A DNA stretch of 64,000 nucleotides, taken from assembly GCA_020850635.1 (NCBI GenBank), contig JADZEH010000032.1:11421-75420 (forward strand). The letters run 5' to 3'. Below are positions 19,901 to 26,560 of the stretch, in pieces (positions within the stretch are counted from its first letter, which is position 1; each line of letters begins with the position of its first letter). Under the pieces are notes generated by a model. That model ran no database searches. It was given only the letters and a program-made list of their open reading frames with translations, and had not been told where the DNA came from. Source of the stretch: Candidatus Doudnabacteria bacterium. GTDB taxonomy: Bacteria > Patescibacteriota > Doudnabacteria > UBA920. The translations under genes and the position numbers were made by a program.

Positions 19901-20911
19901 GCTGGTCAGACCGTAGCTACAATAAAGGGTTCTGGTGTTGGCGCCACTGCGTACTTAGTTCACACTGATCACCTCACTGGGTCTAGTGCTGTAACTAACA
20001 GCGGCGGTACGCTTGAAGAATTGATGGATTACTTCCCATTTGGGAATATTCGTCTCGACCAAAAAGTAGGAAGTTTTGATGAACAGCGTAAATACACGGG
20101 GCATGAGTATGACGTGGATACCGGACTTTCCTATATGGAAGCGAGGTATTATAATCCAAATATCGGAAGATTCCTTAGCCAAGATCCGGTCTTTCTTGCT
20201 TTGGGAAATGAAGAGGGAGTACAACAGAAAACCCAACAAGAATTACAAGAAATATTATCTGATCCTCAGTTATTGAATAGTTATTCTTACGCACGAAATA
20301 ATCCGTTAGCCTACATTGACGAAAACGGAGAGTGGCCATCTTGGAGTCAAATCAAAACTGGCTTCCAGACAGCATGGAATGTAGCCAAGCCGTTTGTACA
20401 GAACAAGATCAACCAAGTACAAAACTCTTGGAACTCATACAATGCTTATATGGACACTCCCGAGGCGCAGCAGAAGTCTCGAGATGCAGCAATGGGTGGT
20501 ATGGCTTACCTTGGACCTATTGGCGGAACTGATAGATACTTTGGATTCGGAGTAGGAAGTATTAATTCTGTAGGTAGTGGCGTGAACCTAACGTCCAGAG
20601 GAGCACTCCATATACAGAAGGGTCATACTTTATCTGGCCAAGCGCCGGGTAATAATAAAAGTTACTTCTTTAATGATGTTGATTATAAAGGTATAATAAC
20701 TAAGTATGGCAATCAAGCTAAGGGTGCAATTCAGGGCAATGGCAATGTGCAAAGAATTCTTGATATGGGCCGTCCAGTAGGATGGGATGCTACTACCGGT
20801 GGAGCAACTTCATTTATGACTATTATTACCGATAAAGCAGGTACTGTAATTACAAGCCATCCTGGCTTACCAACAACAATCAAAGCTATAGTTAAAACCA
20901 TTAAAAAGTAG
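13973..20911 (+). CDS. RHS/YD-repeat polymorphic toxin (TcB/TcC-like), 2312 aa, secreted
   Basis: Signal peptide, then an acidic Pro/Glu-rich linker. An SpvB-like N-domain follows (YEYPIVMPEGRLGMTPAVSLKYNSQ). Several FG-GAP/VCBS-like Asp-rich repeats come next (DINGDKYPDLL, DINEDGKNDIVF, DLDADGY..DVNNDGLKDY, DVNGDGLLDY). A long YD-repeat shell contains many YxYDxxGRL units (YTYDDLGRLL, YDALGRL, YTYDDLNRLL). A non-YD domain of about 170 aa is inserted at about aa 1640-1800 (...YNELRIISSEY..., DNRLRE-like). The RHS core is YTGHEYDVDTGLSYMEARYYNPNIGRFLSQDPV...YSYARNNPLAYIDENGE. A C-terminal extension of about 190 aa, Cys-free, is of unknown family. Confidence 0.9.
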   Translation: MKRTQYLGLRRLVVSFLVFLVIVMPLRPVFAQEVEASVPVTTEPVQQEPQAISEPEPTSMADETPIPTEQADELGTDKTEAPIGDEDPVSEEAVVKEDEPKPEEEVAKIFGGTQGVGLQFKIPSEPQNSVDESTGALIYEYPIVMPEGRLGMTPAVSLKYNSQNITKVDSIVGLGWELTIPYIQRERAKGVEGIYTKANFVTSFSGNLVPTTDISSSPYTVYYSEVDDGSFQKHTFNSDNTWTMTDKSGRVYTFGATAASRQDNPVDTSQVYKWMISKISDVHGNEIQYSYTKDNGQIYPSQIVYTYHSTSPAIHNVSFTYNSPSSYGATTYNAAFPVVTSKVLATIDVTTTAINGVSTNSYSLVNTNAQFIKQKLVTRIDRSYTSTITESVPYSESTSFSYSTKTPGWQQGTHSLEGYLVRNSDYIYKDIFTADFDANGFTDVLISHHDIPSQKYNRLMMNNGSTFTESSSAWSLPTHDLSSNAFIADINGDKYPDLLPRQSDPNPVYLNTGSGFSVDNSNNWKISTYVPEALICGANVGDSNSFDTNSFLHDINEDGKNDIVFFGGSSDFRVFLNNGNGFTLSNNYTFTPQSGANFTIPTVCTGDLDADGYQTLIDVNNDGLKDYFHVTHGTYLNTGSGFAYAASYQIDTAEMDRTGLGDVNGDGLLDYIGFKWTSGGNYCARLLFNDGNGFKQINPTNYPTNCDNSGVWDFSNLSYTGGNSSFFGTLMDLTADGLPDIVGRFSSYDIRGKVRAVNDGVSSWVNNSNAGDQWVDVIAPSYGKYFDINSDGVLDFITPLTSWGYGTMPASMTYMGKPSIPNRLTQITNRLGAQTVVDFDTAPTDLYDRDSAPMPVVKKITTQNLGSGQPDMVTQYDYEKGHYSTNPLTSQVKFAGFSKVTATESGIDLTPLRVTDTYFHQGDNSDSGNSEYQDHISKIGKAYRIEIKDGSGNLYSKTLNTWEHDQIYEGRDFVKLAQTMEFSFDGNTNHRDKAVSYEYDNFLGNTTKRIDWGEVTGSADGTFTDVGNDKIVTDLIYATGSSHDVVEMISSEISTDQSLNKVSETHYYYDNLSLGSIDKGNETKVEKWKSGSDYINEQKAYNSLGLVTQTTDPRGKNLVYAYDSHNLFPATVTNHLSQATQYQYHYFFGKPLQVTDVNNRVFKTLYDGAGRIIEQREPDLSNPTALVSKFVNTYSTFAGGELTRHVEYMSASEYIDSYTYSDALGREVQQRLATEDSGNYRVNDKAYDALGRLQKESSQYFSSGDAKTVATTTTNLYTTTSYDPLDRVTAIANNIGIITNTFDDWTTTVTDARGKVKVLYNDARGNLVKVDESNSGAVYTTNYEYNSNNNLVKITDALGNVRNFTYDALGRRLTAQDLHAPTDVTFGTWTYTYDNNGNITSVVDPNNQTINYTYDDLGRLLTEDFTGQSETELTYTYDSGTDGMGRLSSVVSPGANTSYLYNAHGGVKQEIKTINSTSYQTDYTYDRQGNQLEITNPDGSKVKYTYNFGGQLETVQRKETTDTSFINVVNDFDYGPHGKITLQVNQNGSQTSNIYDATKLYRLSSKITTISGGSKVQGLTYSYDNNSNITQAVDNSNTNSVKTVAYTYDDLNRLLSSTATGVAAGQSTYTEVYSYDAIGNILTKATTVGGGATINTTYSYAGSAGSSYANPHAVTSISDGINTTNFTYDNNGNMIGEGSKTFAFDYNNRMTQSVGVSGSGPTTVSFNSLAGDGAIYHQSSSWDTAHDASVGSYASFTVNNFYVRAGKNTSTSNRIERGFLPFDTSSLPDSANITSAKLKVYVYSKLNNDNDGTDWVTVTQATQPSTTVLTTGDYDLAGSINNPVEGVDAGQRKDITNVSVGGYLTFDLNVTGRGWVNTSGSTKLSLREGHDATDSAFVGTSGQYNELRIISSEYTGTSVDPILEVTYGSAPQVVTTNYKYDHTGQRVSLSNGTKTDVYPSADYNTDGTTPVKHIFGAGQTVATIKGSGVGATAYLVHTDHLTGSSAVTNSGGTLEELMDYFPFGNIRLDQKVGSFDEQRKYTGHEYDVDTGLSYMEARYYNPNIGRFLSQDPVFLALGNEEGVQQKTQQELQEILSDPQLLNSYSYARNNPLAYIDENGEWPSWSQIKTGFQTAWNVAKPFVQNKINQVQNSWNSYNAYMDTPEAQQKSRDAAMGGMAYLGPIGGTDRYFGFGVGSINSVGSGVNLTSRGALHIQKGHTLSGQAPGNNKSYFFNDVDYKGIITKYGNQAKGAIQGNGNVQRILDMGRPVGWDATTGGATSFMTIITDKAGTVITSHPGLPTTIKAIVKTIKK

Positions 20912-20914
20912 TAT

Positions 20915-21226
20915 ATGCAACATATAGGAATTGAAATTGATAATGAGACATTTAGCAAAGAAAAAAGTAGTGAGAATAACTTTGCTAAGGTATTAGGGTA
21001 TGTGTGGGAGAATACTCAGAAAGAAGATTATCCGTGGATATGGGGCATAGATGCTTATGGTTTAACAGTATTTAATATTCAGCAAACCCCAAATCTCGTA
21101 AACGAGTTATCAAAACTGAAAGATAAAGTGCAAGAAGAAGATATTAAAGCAGATATTCAAAGTTTAATAGACTTTATTACAGAGAATATGGAGCAGCACT
21201 TATATTTAAAGTTTATTGGAGATTAA
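20915..21226 (+). CDS. putative immunity protein for the RHS C-terminal toxin
   Basis: 103-aa acidic protein. It starts 4 nt after the RHS stop and has no signal peptide. This is the usual position of the cognate immunity gene. Confidence 0.5.
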   Translation: MQHIGIEIDNETFSKEKSSENNFAKVLGYVWENTQKEDYPWIWGIDAYGLTVFNIQQTPNLVNELSKLKDKVQEEDIKADIQSLIDFITENMEQHLYLKFIGD

Positions 21227-21294
21227 TAGATTATAGATTGGTAAAGCAAACCACTCCGCACTATGTGCGGAGTGGTTTGACTCATGCAGAGCTT

Positions 21295-21678
21295 ATGGAT
21301 AAAAAGAAATATGTAATTGATGGAAATAATTTCGACACCTTAGAAGGGTTTTATGATGAGGTAAGTAATGTCTTAATCCCCGGTGCTTCTTGGGGAAGAA
21401 ACTTTGATGCATTTAATGACATATTATATGGTGGATTTGGTACCCCAGATGAAGGCTTTATCCTAATATGGAAAAATGTAAAGAGATCAAAGTCTGACTT
21501 GGGAGATACCGCAACCCTTAAATGGTTAGAAGGAAAATTGCATAATATTCATCCTTCAAATATACCGATATGGAAACAAAGAATAGCTATGCATAAATTA
21601 AGGTACGGCGAAACACTCTTTATGATACTAGTAGATATTATCTTAAACCATGAAGATATAGAGCTGAGATTTCAATAA
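21295..21678 (+). CDS. barstar-like immunity protein (barnase-inhibitor family)
   Basis: The tracked ORF begins at 21238, but a perfect hairpin (CCACTCCGCACTATGTGCGGAGTGG, 21251-21277) occupies its first codons, so the ATG at 21295 (MDKKKYVIDG) is the likely start. The block YVIDGNNFDTLEGFYDEVSNVLIPGASWGRNFDAFNDIL...ILIW parallels the barstar core (INGEQI..ISDLHQTL...LPEYYGENLDALWDCL...LVLEW). Confidence 0.6.
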   Translation: MDKKKYVIDGNNFDTLEGFYDEVSNVLIPGASWGRNFDAFNDILYGGFGTPDEGFILIWKNVKRSKSDLGDTATLKWLEGKLHNIHPSNIPIWKQRIAMHKLRYGETLFMILVDIILNHEDIELRFQ

Positions 21679-21681
21679 ATT

Positions 21682-21715
21682 AAAAACAGCTATCGTGATG
21701 TAATAGCTGTTTTTA
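21682..21715. terminator. bidirectional intrinsic terminator / left edge of the recombinase element
   Basis: AAAAACAGCTAT-CGTGATGTA-ATAGCTGTTTTT hairpin with A and T runs on both sides. It lies between the convergent barstar-like and recombinase genes. Confidence 0.55.
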
Positions 21716-23410
21716 ATTTGATTTTTTGCGGCCCATCCATTTATTCCCTCGTTTTATTTTACCTTCAATTTTGAATTGAATTGCGCTAGCATCAGATGTC
21801 TGATCGGGATCGTCGTATGCTTTTAGTTTTATTGGGATTGAGCCAATTACTTTCACTTCAGTGTTGTTATAAATTACTTCTTTAATGTAATCTTTTAAAA
21901 ATTCACGAGTCTTGTCGCTGTTGTTACAAAGATTTAATCTTGATCTTACTGATTCGCAATATCTTTTTATACTAGCTTCTATAACTTCTTCTTTATGAAG
22001 ACTAGGCACCTGATTAAGCAGCTTTGCTTTATTGACATTGTGATTAGTAAGTTCACTATCATAGCTTAAGCACCTTTTTACATATTCGGCTCTATTAATT
22101 TTACCGCTGGCATATTGATCAATTGTTTGTTTTCTTTTAGTAGCAAGATCAGCTATTCGCTTTCCATTCTCTTTCAGCTTAGATTCAATTTGTTTTCGGT
22201 TTTTCAATTGACCTACATTAGTAGTTAGGCATAACTCTAGTTTGCTCGAGTCAGTCATGCTTTCTTCGATCATATTCATTACGCAAGTGTCTAGTAGCTG
22301 AGTTAGTACCTCGGGATTGTTGCATCTCACCAACCCAGTATTCGCAGTTTGTGAATGCATTCGTTGTAAAGAAATTTGGCTACATCTGTAAGCAGTCTTA
22401 TGAAATATTTTATTTGGATCCGCAACTCTGCGCTTGTCTTTATAAGTCCGGAAGTATGAGGTGAAAAATCTACCACATATTCCGCAGTTAACTAAACCTG
22501 AAAGTAACTGTGTTTGCTTCGGGTTTCTATACTGTTCGCTGTTATATTTAATTCTTGCTTGTACCTTATTAAAAAGTTCCTGCGAGATGATCGCAGGAAC
22601 TTTCACTGGTATCCATTCAGATTTATTTTTGTAAACCTTCTTGCCGTACTTCAGTCCTCTTAGGGGACTATTTGGCTCTTTCACATAAGATCTCGTATTA
22701 TAGTATTTAATTCCGGTATAAGTGTGGTTTTGCAAAATGTTTTTTAGTTTAGAGGTATCCCAAAGTTTTCGACCCATCTTAGTAATAGCACCAATATTTT
22801 CCAGAGTTCGCACTAATTTTGCCCAACTAAATCCAGCAGCGTAGCTTTTGAAAATATATCTAACTGTTTTCGCTTCCTTTTCATTGATTATAAATTTACC
22901 TGGCTGAGTGTCGGTTCTGCGAATATATTCATACCCTAAAGCATTGTAACCGTAGTTTAATGGGATGCCTTGCCGTAGCTTGTGTAGCTTTCCTCGCTGG
23001 CTGCGTTCAATAATTTTAGCTCTTTCTAATTCTGATACTGCACCAAGTACTGTTAAGGTAAACTTGTTCTCAGGGTTATGGATGTAATCTTTGCCATTAA
23101 TTATTATTTGCTTTTTGTATTTGAGTATTTCCGCGATAATTAAGTTTTGGTAAGTAACATCTCTGGCTATGCGATCTGAATTTAAGAAGTAGATAGTATC
23201 AAACAGGGGAGTCTTAAGATCACTGCGTAGCTGATCAAGTGCAGGTCTGTCGATCTTGGCTCCACTATACCCATCGTCAATGTATTCTTTCGTTAACACA
23301 TCGCCACTTTTAGAAACTTGCTTTTTAAGTTCCTCAATTTGGCTTTCAATGGTTCGCTCTTTTTCTTGCAGAGCTGTACTTACTCTGGCATAGATCGCTG
23401 CTTTCTTCAT
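21713..23410 (-). CDS. large serine recombinase (resolvase/invertase catalytic domain + recombinase domain + zinc ribbon)
   Basis: 565 aa. The N-terminus MKKAAIYARVSTALQ carries the catalytic Ser. A long recombinase domain and a Cys-rich ribbon (CGICGRFF...C) follow. It overlaps the upstream paralogue by 4 nt (ATGA). Confidence 0.85.
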   Translation of the reverse strand: MKKAAIYARVSTALQEKERTIESQIEELKKQVSKSGDVLTKEYIDDGYSGAKIDRPALDQLRSDLKTPLFDTIYFLNSDRIARDVTYQNLIIAEILKYKKQIIINGKDYIHNPENKFTLTVLGAVSELERAKIIERSQRGKLHKLRQGIPLNYGYNALGYEYIRRTDTQPGKFIINEKEAKTVRYIFKSYAAGFSWAKLVRTLENIGAITKMGRKLWDTSKLKNILQNHTYTGIKYYNTRSYVKEPNSPLRGLKYGKKVYKNKSEWIPVKVPAIISQELFNKVQARIKYNSEQYRNPKQTQLLSGLVNCGICGRFFTSYFRTYKDKRRVADPNKIFHKTAYRCSQISLQRMHSQTANTGLVRCNNPEVLTQLLDTCVMNMIEESMTDSSKLELCLTTNVGQLKNRKQIESKLKENGKRIADLATKRKQTIDQYASGKINRAEYVKRCLSYDSELTNHNVNKAKLLNQVPSLHKEEVIEASIKRYCESVRSRLNLCNNSDKTREFLKDYIKEVIYNNTEVKVIGSIPIKLKAYDDPDQTSDASAIQFKIEGKIKRGNKWMGRKKSN

Positions 23411-25119
23411 AATTTTTCAATTACTAATTTCCCATATTCCTTCTTTGGAATTTCTTTGCCGTTAATGGTTTGATCATCTGTATTTAATTGCTTCACTCTA
23501 TTCAGTGCTTCTATTCGGTTGATTACTTGTTCAATCTTGAATTCAATTGGAACTGTTTCATCTTTTGAGACTTCAATCGCAATAGCACCTATCAGTTTGA
23601 TTTTGTCATCGGATTTGCCGTTTTTGCGGTATTCCACCTTGGCGATGTAGTCCAGTAAGAATTGTCGTTTAGAATTAAAATCTCCACATCTAGTAAATTG
23701 AGACTTTAAAGTTTTACAGTATTGTTCAGTACTCGCTTTGATAACTTCCGGTTTTTGAAATAGAGGTAGATATTTTAATAATTCAGCTCGCTTAGTTTGC
23801 AGGTTGCCAACTTCTTCATCATAGATAGAGATTCTCTTAACATATTCTTCTCGTTCCAAATCCCCAAAAGAGTAGAGATCAATTATCCGTTCTTTTTGTT
23901 TGCTAACTGTTTTGATTTTACTCTCCACATCTTTAATCTGTTTATCTAGTTTAGATTGATTCTTTTGATTATTGCCTAAGCTAATATAATTTCGGAGCTC
24001 ATTAGGTTTAAGTAATATACTCGTGACCATTTCAACTACCGTTGAATCTAGTACCCTGGTATCAATCTCAGGGTTATGGTTTATGCCTTTAGTTCTGCAT
24101 CGGTATACCGCTTTTTGATATAGCTTAATTCCAGACTTTCTTTCGACTTTGTAATACCTTCGATAGGCGAAGCATCTCAGTTTGCATTTACCGCAGAACA
24201 CTAGATTAGATAGTAGCTGGGTTCGCTGTGCATTTCTAAAACATTCATAGTTATATTTCATCCTTGCTTGCACTTGGTCAAATAATTTCTTTGGTACAAT
24301 TTGCGGTATTTTTATTCCAACCCATTCCGAGCGGTCTCTGTGGATTTTCTTGCCGCGCTTAGTTCTGCGGATTACATTTCCAACCGCATTCGTATCCGTC
24401 ATGGTATTGAAATACTTTGTGCCTGTATAGGTCTCGTTTTGTAGAATGTATTTTAGATGCCCATCACCAAGTTTGTTTCTTTGCTCTTTGGCTAGACCCT
24501 TCGTTTTTAGCTGTCTCGCTAATTCTTTCAGTCCAATATTTCCTTTTGCATACGTTTCAAAAATATACCTTACTATTTTTGCCTCGTGTTCGTTGATTGC
24601 ATAAGAGGGGGAAGAGTCTGTTGTTCTTGGCGTGTATATATAACCATAAATATGACAACCGTTGCTTAACAGATATCCTTGTTTTAATCTGTGCTGCGAT
24701 CCGCGCCTTGTTCTCTCTAACGTTTTAGCTCGCTCCAATTCTGATACCGCACCTAATACCGTGAGTGTGAATTTGTTTTCTGGGTTATTTACATAATCCT
24801 TCCCATTGATAATGATCTGCTTTTTGTAATGCAGAAATTCGCTGATAATAATATTCTGGTAAGTTACATCTCTGGCAATGCGATCAGCATTCAAAATGTA
24901 GATAGTCTGAAATCCCAGAGTTCTAATATCTCTCCTCAGGTCATTCATAGCTGGTCTATCCAGCAAGCATCCGCTGAATCCATCGTCGATGTATTTTTTT
25001 ACCAAAACATCCCCAGAAGCTCTAATTTGCCTTTTAAGCTCCGATATTTGGCTTTCTATAGTTCGCTCCTTCTGCTGGGCATCGGAGCTTACTCTTGCAT
25101 AAAATACTGCTCTTTTCAT
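23407..25119 (-). CDS. large serine recombinase (paralogue of the downstream gene)
   Basis: 570 aa with N-terminus MKRAVFYARVSSDAQ. It is about 60-65% identical to the 21713-23410 product over the first 150 aa (…IARDVTYQN.II.E.L.YKKQIIINGKDY.NPENKFTLTVLGAVSELERAK…). This is a tandem pair reminiscent of CcrA/CcrB-type two-recombinase elements. Confidence 0.85.
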   Translation of the reverse strand: MKRAVFYARVSSDAQQKERTIESQISELKRQIRASGDVLVKKYIDDGFSGCLLDRPAMNDLRRDIRTLGFQTIYILNADRIARDVTYQNIIISEFLHYKKQIIINGKDYVNNPENKFTLTVLGAVSELERAKTLERTRRGSQHRLKQGYLLSNGCHIYGYIYTPRTTDSSPSYAINEHEAKIVRYIFETYAKGNIGLKELARQLKTKGLAKEQRNKLGDGHLKYILQNETYTGTKYFNTMTDTNAVGNVIRRTKRGKKIHRDRSEWVGIKIPQIVPKKLFDQVQARMKYNYECFRNAQRTQLLSNLVFCGKCKLRCFAYRRYYKVERKSGIKLYQKAVYRCRTKGINHNPEIDTRVLDSTVVEMVTSILLKPNELRNYISLGNNQKNQSKLDKQIKDVESKIKTVSKQKERIIDLYSFGDLEREEYVKRISIYDEEVGNLQTKRAELLKYLPLFQKPEVIKASTEQYCKTLKSQFTRCGDFNSKRQFLLDYIAKVEYRKNGKSDDKIKLIGAIAIEVSKDETVPIEFKIEQVINRIEALNRVKQLNTDDQTINGKEIPKKEYGKLVIEKL

Positions 25120-25388
25120 ACCAACATTGATGACGCAGCTTCTTGATCTAGTCTAGGCCAGCTGTTGGTAACTTTCGACTTTACTTTAACTCCAACCCAA
25201 GCTAGGATGGACTGGATTATGCGCCCTAAATATCGTATAATTGCATTAACAACTTAATGCCTAACCCCTCAGGAATGAGGATATGGCGCTAAAACCTATC
25301 ACAGATACTGAACCCTCCGTTCAGCTACTGTGATAGGTCGTATCTGGAAACAGGTACGGGACCGCAAGGTCCATGCTGGCGGGGGGCT

Positions 25389-25997
25389 TTGTGTTTTCTG
25401 CCAGCAAGAAAGCCTATCACAAACATGGACAATCAATCTGCCTCACCAGAGGCAAAACAACCTTCCATTCTATGGAAGCGTATTAAGACTATCGCTAAAG
25501 GTATAGCTATTTTCATAGTCGTACTTATAGTTGCAGCTGTGTGGCAAAGTATGAATCAACCACAGTCACAAACGCAGTCGCAAGGCACGGCTCAACAAGC
25601 AGAAGAACCAAAAGAAGAACAAACTCCTGCTAAAGAACCTCCCGTTGAACCATTCAATATTGAAGTTACCAGTCAGATAGTCAAAAAAGTAGACGGCAAA
25701 TACCGCTACTTCTTTGACATCAGAAACAAAGACACTAAGAACTTTGAGGGAGCAGTGACTATTAATTTGCTAAGAGCAAATAACAGTAGGCTTGGCTCAG
25801 ATACGTTTACTACTACAAGAGCTATTGAACCTAATCTTGGTTTTGCTCAATACATTGAAATTAATTCAGGACCAATGCCGATGTTTGATTCAGAATCAGC
25901 AATTACTAAATTCACATACGAAGTGAAGATAGATAAGAAATCCGTGAAGAGCGGAGAAGGAGTTATTACAGATAAGTTTGAGAACTTAGATTATTAA
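25389..25997 (+). CDS. hypothetical secreted/membrane-anchored protein
   Basis: 202 aa. The likely start is the internal Met (MDNQSAS, about 25431). It has one N-terminal TM helix, then a Gln/Glu/Pro-rich linker and a beta-rich domain. Confidence 0.45.
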   Translation: MCFLPARKPITNMDNQSASPEAKQPSILWKRIKTIAKGIAIFIVVLIVAAVWQSMNQPQSQTQSQGTAQQAEEPKEEQTPAKEPPVEPFNIEVTSQIVKKVDGKYRYFFDIRNKDTKNFEGAVTINLLRANNSRLGSDTFTTTRAIEPNLGFAQYIEINSGPMPMFDSESAITKFTYEVKIDKKSVKSGEGVITDKFENLDY

Positions 25998-26560
25998 ATT
26001 GCATCTTCTTCCGTTTCTAGGCCACCAGACTCTAAATAACCTTTAACTGGTTTATCTGAGTATCTATCTTCATCATCTACATAATCAGGGTGAGTTGTAT
26101 CGTACCTATGAACTACCGCATTTGCAGCTCTAGTGAATAAATCAAAGACATTATCAATTTGCTCTTTAACTTCTTCTGTAACCTCTGGATGTTTGGCCTG
26201 TACCTTGAATTCATTAATCACAGTCCTGCGATCAGAAAATTTTGGATCACGACTCTTAAGCCAAAATATGGCAGCCGTCATATTGCCTTTACTCATTTCC
26301 TCAATGAGTTTTGATTGAGCAAGTTCATTAATAACCATAGAACCTTCACGGACTGCTTCTGTCGCAACTCTATCAAACTCAGCATCTTCCTCGCACCAGC
26401 GATAGTATGTAGACCTAGCTATGCCAACTTTCTTCACTGCTACTTGCACCACAGGCATCTTTAAAAGCACTTCTACTAATTGAAGTTTTTGTTCAGCGAT
26501 ACGCTTGGCAATCTTTTCTAGTTCCTTTTTATTCTTTGGAGTTTTGCTGGTCTTTACCAT
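25994..26560 (-). CDS. HTH DNA-binding protein, possibly a phage terminase small-subunit-like regulator
   Basis: 188 aa with the helix-turn-helix segment VGIARSTYYRWCEED and a charged N-terminus. Its context next to a phage-type methyltransferase suggests phage origin. Confidence 0.45.
   Translation of the reverse strand: MVKTSKTPKNKKELEKIAKRIAEQKLQLVEVLLKMPVVQVAVKKVGIARSTYYRWCEEDAEFDRVATEAVREGSMVINELAQSKLIEEMSKGNMTAAIFWLKSRDPKFSDRRTVINEFKVQAKHPEVTEEVKEQIDNVFDLFTRAANAVVHRYDTTHPDYVDDEDRYSDKPVKGYLESGGLETEEDAI

Noticed and set aside
25290-25350. The nested palindrome region as a tRNA or CRISPR repeat
   Set aside because: There is no cloverleaf with a T-loop. Only one full palindrome plus one half-site is present, with no regular repeat-spacer periodicity.
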